Source: an uncultured bacterium
GTDB taxonomy: Bacteria; Fidelibacterota; Marinisomatia; Marinisomatales; UBA2128
Length of the DNA: 41,227 bases
Direction: 5' to 3'
Assembly (NCBI GenBank): GCA_964534955.1
Contig: CAZHRR010000003.1
Location: 1-41,227, forward strand
The notes beneath the pieces were generated by a model, which saw nothing but the letters and a program-made list of their open reading frames with translations, was not told the origin of the DNA and ran no database searches. Made by a program: the position numbers and the translations under genes. Position 1 is the first letter of the stretch, and the number at the start of each line of letters is the position of its first letter. This document shows, piece by piece, positions 1 to 8,843 of this stretch.

Positions 1-21
1 GATAATTTATTATATTTATAC

Positions 22-606
22 ATGGTATATCAAAAGTTGAAAAATATTGAACCTCTGTTATTCTCGTATCGGGAAGTAGCAAAGGTCTTGAATATCCAAT
101 TATCATCAGCGAAGCTACTTTGTCACCGTTACCAGAAACAGAAGTATTTCGTGAGATTAAAAAGGGATGTCTATATTCTTGCTGAACGATGGAATTATTT
201 ATCCGCACTGGAATTATTTCAGATCGCAAATCGACTGCAAGTACCTTCTTACATTTCTTTAACAACTGCTCTTTCCTATTATGGTTATTCTACACAGATT
301 CAGCAGGGATTTTTTGAATCTGTTGCAATAAAACGCACTTGGAAGAGAAACATTGAATCCACCATTTTCAGTTATACACGCATCTCTGATAAATATTACT
401 TCGGGTTTCGCAGGATGAACGGCATTTTTATAGCTGAACCGGAAAAGGCGTTGACTGATGCATTATATCTGACATCTATTGGAAGGTATGGTCTTGACTT
501 TTCTGCACTGGAAATGTCAAAGATTGATTTGAAAATAGTGGATACATTATTAAACAAATATCCGGAAAAAACAAAATCAACATGGGATAATTATGCAAGA
601 CCTTAA
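22..606 (+). CDS. Type IV toxin-antitoxin AbiEi-family antitoxin / transcriptional regulator
   Basis: N-terminal wHTH-like region; PSYISLTTALSYYG and AEPEKALTD motifs typical of AbiEi-like antitoxins; overlaps the downstream nucleotidyltransferase toxin gene. Confidence 0.8.
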   Translation: MVYQKLKNIEPLLFSYREVAKVLNIQLSSAKLLCHRYQKQKYFVRLKRDVYILAERWNYLSALELFQIANRLQVPSYISLTTALSYYGYSTQIQQGFFESVAIKRTWKRNIESTIFSYTRISDKYYFGFRRMNGIFIAEPEKALTDALYLTSIGRYGLDFSALEMSKIDLKIVDTLLNKYPEKTKSTWDNYARP

Positions 607-1258
607 GCTTCATGAACAATTTGAAATTGAAGTCCTCGATTACTTAAACAGTCACCGAATACTGGATCATCTTATATTTGGCGGGGGGACTTCACTACGC
701 TTGTGTCATGAATTAAACCGCTATTCCATTGATCTTGATTTCTATCTAAAGAACCCGGCTCAAATGGACACAGATCAACTGTTCATCCGCTTTCAATCTG
801 TCATAGAACATGAATATATACTGACGGATACACAGGATAAATACAGAACGCTCTTATTTGAATTCAGGAGTGACCGTTATCCAAGCCGGTTAAAAATTGA
901 GATCAATAAGAGCGCTGTTTTTACCGATTTTCAACAAACGATCGCTTTTTCTCCATACTCAACACGGCAGGTTCTGTTAAATGTGTTATCCCTGGATCAA
1001 ATGATGGAAAATAAAGTAGCTGCCTTTTTAGACAGAAAGGAAGCCAGGGATGCGCATGATATAGAATTCCTTGTCCGGCGCGGGATACAGCTTCCTAAGG
1101 ATAAAAACGTGTTGATTCAAATGGGGAAGAAATTACACTCACTTACACTAAATGATATCCGCGTTAAACTGGGATCGTTATTAACTGACGAAATCAGGCA
1201 GTATTACGTTACCCATGGCTTTGAGTTTTTAATTCAGCATATTCAGCAAAATAAATAA
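593..1258 (+). CDS. AbiEii/AbiGii-family nucleotidyltransferase toxin
   Basis: FGGGTSL...RYSIDLDF motif and KVAAFLDR..ARDAHDI motif; 14-bp overlap with the antitoxin gene. Confidence 0.88.
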   Translation: MQDLKLHEQFEIEVLDYLNSHRILDHLIFGGGTSLRLCHELNRYSIDLDFYLKNPAQMDTDQLFIRFQSVIEHEYILTDTQDKYRTLLFEFRSDRYPSRLKIEINKSAVFTDFQQTIAFSPYSTRQVLLNVLSLDQMMENKVAAFLDRKEARDAHDIEFLVRRGIQLPKDKNVLIQMGKKLHSLTLNDIRVKLGSLLTDEIRQYYVTHGFEFLIQHIQQNK

Positions 1259-1300
1259 TCTATAAATGGGTTTCTTCCTGTCACTACCAGAAGATAGGTG

Positions 1301-1370
1301 GGCATCACCTGCCTCGCACCTTGATCGACCGAAAGAGAATGAGGGGTGTATGTTAAGAGGGGGTGATGTC
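1301..1370 (+). other. Long imperfect hairpin that sequesters an RBS and ATG of a 27-codon sORF (1366..1449)
   Basis: GGCATCACCT (1301-1310) pairs with GGGTGATGTC (1361-1370); GCACCTT (1316-1322) pairs with GGGGTGT (1343-1349), using G-U pairs. Confidence 0.35.
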
Positions 1371-1587
1371 TGAGAACAGTTACCGTAGAAATGCCCAAAT
1401 TACGAGGCGACTTCAAAATCCAAAGTTAACTGAACAAATAATGACCTGAAAACTTCCCCAAGACATTTTTAAATTAGTCTGGAAAGATTTACTTCTCTCA
1501 TACAGTGAAATAGATAATAGATTTGCCAGGAAGACCAAGTTATATTTACAAAGCGAATAAAACGGTCTTTAAAGAGGGGGAATAATT

Positions 1588-2229
1588 ATGATGAAGCAAT
1601 TCGTGTTTTGTGTTTTGGGGATAATACCGTTAATGCTTTATGCACAAATTGACTACAACAGTCAGATCCAGTCTATCTTTAATGCGAATTGTATCAATTG
1701 CCATGGATCATCCGGTGGACTCAGTCTAACCTCATACGACAATTTGATGACAGGAGGGAATCACGGTGAGGTGGTAACACCCTTCGATGCGGATAACAGC
1801 ATTCTTGTGCAGAAACTACAGCCCAATCCTCCCTTTGGAGACCGTATGCCCAGAAACAATCAATCTTATTTTGATGATCATCCTGATGAATTGCAGTTGA
1901 TTATCGATTGGATAAATGAAGGAGCATCTGAGTTTATCTCAGTAACCGCCAACGTAGAAATACCAGGCTCATTCGCCATTTTAGAGTCCTATCCCAATCC
2001 GTTCAACGCCGCCGTGACCATAACATTTTCAGTCCACCAGATGATGGATCTGGAACTTGAGGTTGTCGATATTCTGGGACGAAGAGTAACTATTCTGGCA
2101 CGAGGTGTGACTGACCCAGGTCGTCATCGGGTTATATGGCTGGCGGAGGACATCTCCAGTGGTCTCTACTTTGCCCGACTTAATGCAGATGGATGGTCTT
2201 CCACCGCTAAGTTGCTTTTGCTAAAATGA
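1588..2229 (+). CDS. Secreted monoheme c-type cytochrome (planctomycete cytochrome c-like) with T9SS/Por-type C-terminal sorting domain
   Basis: Signal peptide ending LYA-Q; CINCH heme motif; RMP and WINEGA domain signature; C-terminal YPNPFN...DILGR.V...SSGLYF...KLLLLK; RBS AGAGGGGG. Confidence 0.8.
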   Translation: MMKQFVFCVLGIIPLMLYAQIDYNSQIQSIFNANCINCHGSSGGLSLTSYDNLMTGGNHGEVVTPFDADNSILVQKLQPNPPFGDRMPRNNQSYFDDHPDELQLIIDWINEGASEFISVTANVEIPGSFAILESYPNPFNAAVTITFSVHQMMDLELEVVDILGRRVTILARGVTDPGRHRVIWLAEDISSGLYFARLNADGWSSTAKLLLLK

Positions 2230-2630
2230 TGCGTCTTGGAGGTTGGCTGGAAGGCACTATCATCCTTGGAATCCTGACAGGTTGTACGGACATAGGCAGC
2301 GGACCTCCTCCGGATGACCTTACTTTTTCAGATGATGTCCAGGTCATCTTCGATCACAATTGTACTACTAGCTGTCATGAAGGAGTGAATGCAACAGGAG
2401 GCCTCAGTCTTACCTCTGGAAAAAGCTACGCTAATCTCGTGAACGTTCCCTCTTCTTATGCCGGATTGCTTCGTGTGGAGCCGGGTAATGCCGATAGCTC
2501 GTTGCTTTATTTGAAGGTGATTGGTTATCCTCAAACTGGCGTCAGGATGCCTTTGGACGGTACGACACTCTCGAGTATGCAGATTTCAGCAATCAGGACG
2601 TGGATCGATGAAGGTGCTAAGAACGACTAA
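2226..2630 (+). CDS. Lipoprotein c-type cytochrome with atypical CX3CH motif; paralog of the upstream cytochrome domain
   Basis: Lipobox ILTG-C; CTTSCH; shares GGLSLTS..Y.NL, P.(D/N)AD.S.L..K, RMP and WI.EGA with 1588..2229. Confidence 0.72.
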   Translation: MMRLGGWLEGTIILGILTGCTDIGSGPPPDDLTFSDDVQVIFDHNCTTSCHEGVNATGGLSLTSGKSYANLVNVPSSYAGLLRVEPGNADSSLLYLKVIGYPQTGVRMPLDGTTLSSMQISAIRTWIDEGAKND

Positions 2631-3714
2631 CGTCTTCTATTTCCTGCTGATTATCTTTTCGGTGCTGCCGGAAACCGTCCATTCTGTACCCCGGCTGGCG
2701 GTACAGAATGGATTTTCTTGTGTGACCTGTCATGTGAATCCAGCTGGAGGTGGTCTGAGGAATGAATACGGTTCATCGATAGTATCATTGGATGAACTTC
2801 CATTAAAGCCCTCGTCGAAGCATCCGGTATTCACAGGAGCTCTCTCCAATCATCTTCGGATTGGTGCTGACATTCGACTGCAGACCTATGTTCACAGTAA
2901 AGAGGAAACCCAGTGGGAGAGGGTCTCTTTCCCCATGCAGTTGGAGTTCTACGGCCACTGGCTGATTACCAGGAATCTTCAGGCTTATGCCGCCGTGGAT
3001 GCTCTTTGGGATAACACTGAGGGGTGGGTCAATCTGCAGCCAGCCAACCTCGAAGGATATATTAGAGCAGGCAGAATGACGCCTCATTTTGGGTTGGCTT
3101 TAGACGACCATACTACCTTCGTCAGAGGAGGGAACATCAAGCTGAAGAACGGTCTGAATGCGGAAGGGATGATCTTTTCGTCCTTGCGTTCATCTCCTGT
3201 CACAGTGGAAGTGGGTATAAACGCGGGAGATTTCTTCATCACTGGAAGTGTTTCGGACGGCTATATTTCTGGAAAAACAGGAAGTCATACCTTCGGAGGG
3301 CGTGTGGAATATTCCGGGGCGCTTCTAAAGAATCAGGCGCTGGCAGGCTGTTCTGCAATACTGGAAGATGACCTTATCCTGGCAGGAATGTTTGGAGGTA
3401 TTTCAAGAGGTCCATTCACTTGGATGGGAGAGGTGGACATAGCGGACAATTGGGTAGGAGACGGTACTTCTCTGGCGTCGTTCAATGAGTTAAGTTACAG
3501 CCTGGTTCAAGGCATTACTCTTACAGCCAGATACGATTTTTTCGATGAGGATATCACCTACCTTCAAAATGCACTTGGACGAGTGGCTGCGGGCATTGAG
3601 TTCTTTCCTTTGCCATATGTGGAAATCCGAAGTCAGGTTCGTGTAACTAAGGTGTCAGGTGAAGATGAAAGTCAAAGTCCTGAGTTGTTGGTTCAGCTTC
3701 ATCTCTGGTTTTGA
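2608..3714 (+). CDS. Cytochrome c-porin fusion (Cyc2-like architecture): N-terminal monoheme plus outer-membrane beta-barrel
   Basis: Start reassigned to ATG 2608 (MKVLRTT, signal peptide). VPRLAVQNGFSCVTCH follows the cleavage site; alternating beta-strand pattern; C-terminal VQLHLWF beta-signal. Confidence 0.7.
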   Translation: MKVLRTTNVFYFLLIIFSVLPETVHSVPRLAVQNGFSCVTCHVNPAGGGLRNEYGSSIVSLDELPLKPSSKHPVFTGALSNHLRIGADIRLQTYVHSKEETQWERVSFPMQLEFYGHWLITRNLQAYAAVDALWDNTEGWVNLQPANLEGYIRAGRMTPHFGLALDDHTTFVRGGNIKLKNGLNAEGMIFSSLRSSPVTVEVGINAGDFFITGSVSDGYISGKTGSHTFGGRVEYSGALLKNQALAGCSAILEDDLILAGMFGGISRGPFTWMGEVDIADNWVGDGTSLASFNELSYSLVQGITLTARYDFFDEDITYLQNALGRVAAGIEFFPLPYVEIRSQVRVTKVSGEDESQSPELLVQLHLWF

Positions 3715-3727
3715 AAAGGGGGAATAA

Positions 3728-4090
3728 ATGAGGTTAACAGTCATAGGTATTATTACGGTGTTTCTGTTTTCAGGGATAGTTCAGGCACAGGATCTGAAAA
3801 ACGTGCAGGTACTCCCGTTTAATAGCACCCGCGAGATTGTACCATTCATGAAAAAAATGGCGATGAACCTGGATGTAAAGTGCAATTACTGCCATAATAT
3901 GAAGGACAAGTCACTGGATGAGATTAAGCACAAGCGCATCGCCCGGGAGATGATGCGAATGGTGAAGCGCATCAACAAGGAATATATGACTCCGTTGAAG
4001 ATTGATGCTATAACATGCTGGACTTGCCATCGCGGAACTACCGCTCCGCAGCGCAGTGCCGAAGACACGCGGAAACCACACAACCATTAA
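3728..4090 (+). CDS. Periplasmic diheme c-type cytochrome (reaction-centre cytochrome PufC-like small family)
   Basis: Signal peptide ending VQA-Q; LKNVQVL; CNYCH and CWTCH; K.IAREMMRM..RIN motif; RBS AGGGGG. Confidence 0.78.
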   Translation: MRLTVIGIITVFLFSGIVQAQDLKNVQVLPFNSTREIVPFMKKMAMNLDVKCNYCHNMKDKSLDEIKHKRIAREMMRMVKRINKEYMTPLKIDAITCWTCHRGTTAPQRSAEDTRKPHNH

Positions 4091-4107
4091 TTTTATGGGA
4101 ATACTTT

Positions 4108-5481
4108 ATGGATACGAAGCCGGTTATTACTTACGCTGAAGAACACAGTCAGAAATTTATTGAAGATCTGGTAGAATTTGTAGAGATCCCAAGCATTTCC
4201 AGCAGCTCAGAGCATAAAGGAGAGGTTCACCGATGTGCTGAGTTTCTGCGGGACCAGATGCTCCAGGCCGGACTCCTTCGAGCAGAGCTGATTGAGACAA
4301 CAGGACACCCTATAGTTTTTGGCGAATGGAACGGAGCTGAGGGGAAGCCAATTATCCTGATATATGGACATTACGATGTACAGCCTGTTGATCCATTGGA
4401 GCTGTGGGAGACACCGCCGTTCGAGCCGGATGTGCGGAACGGGCGGATGTACGGCCGCGGGACTGTGGACGATAAAGGACAGATTTACATTCACTTGAAA
4501 GCTATCGAATCGTGGCTGGAAGTAAATGGTGGCTTACCACTGAACATCAAGTTTATCGCTGAAGGTGAAGAGGAAATTGGAAGTAAAAATCTGTGTGAAT
4601 TTCTTAGGAATAATCGCGAACTGTTGAAAGCTGATGTGTCGGTTATTTCTGATACGCCAATGTTCCAGAAGAGAATGCCCTCCATATGCTACGGTCTCCG
4701 GGGACTGGCGTACTTTCAACTGAATCTCCGCGGATCGAAGCAGGACCTTCATTCAGGAACATTTGGCGGCGCTGTAAAGAATCCTATTCATGCCTTAGCC
4801 GAGATGATCACTAAGCTCAAAGACGAAGCCGGGCGCATTACTATCCCCGGATTCTATGATGATGTGCTCCCTGTCAGCGATGTAGAGCATGCAGACCTCT
4901 CAGCCCTGCCTTTTGATGAGGAGATGTACCGTATGGAAGTGGGTGCACCCGCACTGTACGGCGAGGAAGGATACTCAGTCTTGGAAAACCTCTGGGCTCG
5001 ACCGACGCTGGATGTGTGCGGCATCTGGGGTGGATTTCAGGGAGAGGGAGCCAAAACGGTTATTCCGGCGGAAGCACATGCCAAGGTGAGTATGCGGCTT
5101 GTGCCTAACCAGACACCGGAGAGGGTTGGTGATCTTTTTGAAGAATACATAAGGGTAATTGCACCTCTGGAAATGGAAGTTACGGTGGAACAGTTACACG
5201 GGGGTGACGGTTTCATTGCCGATATGTCTCATCCTGCCTTCGACGCCGCAAGGAAGGCTCTACAGAAGGGATTTGGTAGAGAGGCTGTGCTCATTCGTGA
5301 GGGCGGCTCTATTCCGTTCGTCCAGACTTTAGTCGATACCCTGAAAGTGCCATGCCTCCTGATCGGCTTTGGACTGCCGGATGAAAACGCTCACGCACCT
5401 AACGAATGGATCGATCTGGAGAATTATCAGTTGGGGATATTAAGTTCAATCTATCTTTACGAAGAACTTTCGCATGATTAA
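4108..5481 (+). CDS. M20 family metallo-dipeptidase
   Basis: YGHYDVQP, GRGTVDDKGQ, EGEEEIGS, DLHSG, GGSIP and NAHAPNE motifs; start reassigned to ATG 4108. Confidence 0.9.
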   Translation: MDTKPVITYAEEHSQKFIEDLVEFVEIPSISSSSEHKGEVHRCAEFLRDQMLQAGLLRAELIETTGHPIVFGEWNGAEGKPIILIYGHYDVQPVDPLELWETPPFEPDVRNGRMYGRGTVDDKGQIYIHLKAIESWLEVNGGLPLNIKFIAEGEEEIGSKNLCEFLRNNRELLKADVSVISDTPMFQKRMPSICYGLRGLAYFQLNLRGSKQDLHSGTFGGAVKNPIHALAEMITKLKDEAGRITIPGFYDDVLPVSDVEHADLSALPFDEEMYRMEVGAPALYGEEGYSVLENLWARPTLDVCGIWGGFQGEGAKTVIPAEAHAKVSMRLVPNQTPERVGDLFEEYIRVIAPLEMEVTVEQLHGGDGFIADMSHPAFDAARKALQKGFGREAVLIREGGSIPFVQTLVDTLKVPCLLIGFGLPDENAHAPNEWIDLENYQLGILSSIYLYEELSHD

Positions 5482-6769
5482 GATGAAGTACATTTTTCTG
5501 ACAACCTGGCTGTGGATTACCTGTCTTTCCGTGACTGTTCAAGCGAAGCAGCAAGATCTTACTCTGATTTCCGATATTTCAGTGGAAGGGCATAGTGTAA
5601 CTGAGGAGTATATCATCCTCCGGGAGATTCAACATCCTGTGAATGCTCCTTATGACTCGGTCTTGGCTGCAGAAGACAGGAACAGGATCGACAACCTCGG
5701 GATTTTCTCCGAAGTGAAGATTCGGCTGCTGCCCAATGGTGATGGAACTCAAACACTGATATATAGAGTAGTGGAATCCTGGCGGCTTTTCCCAATACCT
5801 ATTATCATGTATGAGGAGGATGTCGGGTGGTCTTTCGGCGGGATGGTGCTCTTGAAAAATTTTAGGGGCAGGAACGAAAACCTGTCGGCGTTTGCCTCCT
5901 TTGGACGTCGGAATGTAGGCGGTATCGGGTTTGATGATCCTTGGGTTTTGGGCGATCATGTTTCATTTCGCGGACATTTTTTCTATAAGATGACTGAGCA
6001 CTTGTTTCTCCCTCATGATTATCGTGAATTGGACTTGGAGACAACTGTTGGCCGCTACTTTGGTTATCACTGGAAAGTGTGGGGTACAGTGAGCATTGAG
6101 CAGAGACGGATTGATTTTTTTTCTGAAGAAAAGCAGGATGTTGAACATCGCTATTTCCAGACGAAGTTTCAGCTGATTTACGACACACGTGATCTGTACA
6201 TAGATCCTTCAGAAGGAATCTACATTGACACCCAGCTTCGTCCAGAACTGGGGCTAAACGAAGATTCACCAAATTTCACTGAATTGGACATCACTGCCAG
6301 TGCTTTCAAATCCATTATTCCAGGGAAAAGGAAGTGGGTTGCAGGTGTGTCATTTACTTTGCACCACTATTTTGGTGAGAGCATTCCCTACAAAGTTTTT
6401 TCTGTGGGAGGGGTAGAGTCTATTCGTGGATGGGAAGTGCTTGACTCAACTCTTTATGCGAAAGAACCGTTCCGTTCTGGATTGAATTTTTATTATGCTT
6501 CGGCTGAACTGCGTCAGACTGTGATTCCAAAACGGCTGACGCACTTCGGAACCGAATTCGGGTTGATTCTCGTTGAGTTCTTTGATTTGGGTGCCGCCGC
6601 CATTAACTTTTCTGATATGATGAGCAAGAAACCCATAATGGGTACTGGCATCGGGATACGTTTCTATATTCCAGGTAATATCTTGTTTAGAGTAGATTAT
6701 GGGGTTAGTCTTTATGAACGTGCGTGGGGTGTTCCCAAATGGCACATATCTGTAGGGCACAAGTTTTAG
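5474..6769 (+). CDS. Omp85 (BamA/TamA) family outer-membrane protein with one POTRA domain
   Basis: Signal peptide; POTRA-like ISVEGHSVTEEYIILRE...LGIFS; NFRGRNE; GGVESIRGW (VRGF-like); GIGIRF; terminal F. Confidence 0.82.
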   Translation: MIKMKYIFLTTWLWITCLSVTVQAKQQDLTLISDISVEGHSVTEEYIILREIQHPVNAPYDSVLAAEDRNRIDNLGIFSEVKIRLLPNGDGTQTLIYRVVESWRLFPIPIIMYEEDVGWSFGGMVLLKNFRGRNENLSAFASFGRRNVGGIGFDDPWVLGDHVSFRGHFFYKMTEHLFLPHDYRELDLETTVGRYFGYHWKVWGTVSIEQRRIDFFSEEKQDVEHRYFQTKFQLIYDTRDLYIDPSEGIYIDTQLRPELGLNEDSPNFTELDITASAFKSIIPGKRKWVAGVSFTLHHYFGESIPYKVFSVGGVESIRGWEVLDSTLYAKEPFRSGLNFYYASAELRQTVIPKRLTHFGTEFGLILVEFFDLGAAAINFSDMMSKKPIMGTGIGIRFYIPGNILFRVDYGVSLYERAWGVPKWHISVGHKF

Positions 6770-6795
6770 ACCTACGTTCGTAAGGGAGGTAGACA

Positions 6796-8445
6796 ATGTC
6801 TGCACATGAACAGTTTAATGATCTGGTCAATCGCTACTACGACGACTTCTTCAGTTTTAATCCTACAGCCGGCCGCTCTGCCGGCTTCCATCGCTATCTT
6901 GGGAAGGTACCGGACTTTTCTTATGAAAACATCATGGGTTTTCTCAAGCGGATGCGATTCTATCTGATTGAAGCTGAGCGGCTGGAGAAGGAAGACCTTG
7001 GTATCCAGGAGACTGTAGATTTGAAGCAGCTGTTGATGGCGATCAGGTATGAACGTTTTAGACTGCTGCAGTTAAGGTGGTGGGCAGAAGATCCTATGAC
7101 TTATGAAGCCCATCTCGACATCAGCACTTATCTAAAGCGGAACTACGATTCTATGACGGTCAGAGCCCAGCATGCTGCTCAACATCTGAGAGAGATTCCG
7201 CGATTTCTCGACCAGCAGAAGTTTAACCTTCAATCTCCTCTTCCCAGAATCAATCTCCAGACTGCTATAGAGACATATAAAGGATACAGGGATTTCTATC
7301 AAAAGGAAGTTTCTCACTACTTTTCCGAGATGGAGGATGAGAGCGTATATCTGGATTTGGAGCAGTCCGCTATCCGGGCTACTCGATCCCTTGACACATT
7401 CATCATGTATATGGAGGAAACTCTCCTCCCTGAGGCGACAGATAACTTCGCTATCGGGCGCTTTAACTTCATTGATATGCTCCGTTATGGTGAAATGGTA
7501 GAGATTAAGCTTGATGAACTTTTGAAAGTGGGTGAAGAGGATCTGGCCCGGAACAGTGCTGAATTTGAAGACTTAGCACAGCAATTTATACCCGGGAAGA
7601 GTGCAGCGGATGTGATGAAGGAAGTTGCGAAAGATCATCCCGATGCGGAATCTCTGGTTTCCGATACTGAAGAGATGCTGGAGACCATCCGAACATTCAT
7701 CATCGAAAAGGATCTCGTGACCATCCCCTCTGAAGTTCGCATACGGGTGGAAGAAACTCCCACATTTTATCGGTGGGCTTTCGCCATGTGTGATACTCCT
7801 GGTCCCTATGAGAAGAAGGCAACAGAATCATTTTATTATGTAACCAATGTACTGGATGAGTGGCCGGACAAAAAGAAGGAGGAGTGGCTCACTAAATTCG
7901 ACTATGCAACGCTGGATAATGTCTCCGTCCACGAAGCTTACCCTGGACACTTTGTTCATCATCTACACACGTTATCAGCGCCTTCTAAAGTGTCCAAATT
8001 GACTGGAGCTTACTCCTACTGGGAAGGGTGGGCTCACTACGGGGAAGAAATGATGATGGAAGAAGGCTGGCATGAGGGCGACGTACGCTATCGTCTGGCT
8101 CAGTTCTCCGAGGCACTTCTCCGGGACTGTCGTTTTATCTGTGCCATTAAAATGCATACCGGTCAGATGACCGTTGATGAGGCCACGGAGTTCCTTATGG
8201 ATAATGCCTTCATGACAGAGACGCCCGCCCGTAAGGAGGCGGAACGAGGTACTTTCGATCCGGGATATTTGAATTATACACTTGGGAAGCTGATGATCCT
8301 TAAACTCAGGGAAGACTGGAAGATTCAGGAAGGAGATTCATTCTCCCTGAAGCGGTTCCACGATACTTTCCTCTCTTTCGGCGCCCCGCCTATTCCCCTC
8401 GTTCGGAAACTTATGCTTTCAGCCGACGATGGTAAGATTCTCTAA
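6796..8445 (+). CDS. DUF885 family protein (metallopeptidase-like)
   Basis: HEAYPGHFVH, EGWAHYGE, YTLGKLMI and FHDTFLSFGAPP motifs. Confidence 0.85.
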   Translation: MSAHEQFNDLVNRYYDDFFSFNPTAGRSAGFHRYLGKVPDFSYENIMGFLKRMRFYLIEAERLEKEDLGIQETVDLKQLLMAIRYERFRLLQLRWWAEDPMTYEAHLDISTYLKRNYDSMTVRAQHAAQHLREIPRFLDQQKFNLQSPLPRINLQTAIETYKGYRDFYQKEVSHYFSEMEDESVYLDLEQSAIRATRSLDTFIMYMEETLLPEATDNFAIGRFNFIDMLRYGEMVEIKLDELLKVGEEDLARNSAEFEDLAQQFIPGKSAADVMKEVAKDHPDAESLVSDTEEMLETIRTFIIEKDLVTIPSEVRIRVEETPTFYRWAFAMCDTPGPYEKKATESFYYVTNVLDEWPDKKKEEWLTKFDYATLDNVSVHEAYPGHFVHHLHTLSAPSKVSKLTGAYSYWEGWAHYGEEMMMEEGWHEGDVRYRLAQFSEALLRDCRFICAIKMHTGQMTVDEATEFLMDNAFMTETPARKEAERGTFDPGYLNYTLGKLMILKLREDWKIQEGDSFSLKRFHDTFLSFGAPPIPLVRKLMLSADDGKIL

Positions 8446-8843
8446 TGCAGGAACGCCGTAGGGTTTATTCCGGCGCTCCCTGGGAATCTCAGGTCGGCTA
8501 CTGCCGTGCAATTCGTGCCGGTGATCTTATCTATGTTACAGGTACAGCACCCGTGGTGGAGGATGGTTCGACTTTTTCTCCGGGTAATGCCTATGCTCAA
8601 ACCCGACGCTGTCTGGACATTATCGCCGAGACACTGAAGGAATTGGAGGCAGATCTTTCAGATGTCGTCCGGACTCGGATGTTCGTAACGGATATTGACT
8701 GTTGGGAAGATTACGGCCGTGCTCATCGCGAGTTCTTTGGAGAGAATCCGCCTGCTACTACCATGGTTGAAGTAAAGTCTCTCATTGATCCTGAGATGCT
8801 GATAGAAATTGAAGCTGATGCTGTAGTCCAAAGTACCGGCTAA
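8445..8843 (+). CDS. RidA/YjgF/UK114 family protein
   Basis: WESQVGYCRA, DVVRTRMFVTDI and LIEIEADA motifs. Confidence 0.9.
   Translation: MQERRRVYSGAPWESQVGYCRAIRAGDLIYVTGTAPVVEDGSTFSPGNAYAQTRRCLDIIAETLKELEADLSDVVRTRMFVTDIDCWEDYGRAHREFFGENPPATTMVEVKSLIDPEMLIEIEADAVVQSTG

Noticed and set aside
3728-4090. Evidence for photosynthesis from the PufC-like cytochrome
   Set aside because: It is only a small diheme domain, with no puf or bch genes in the window.
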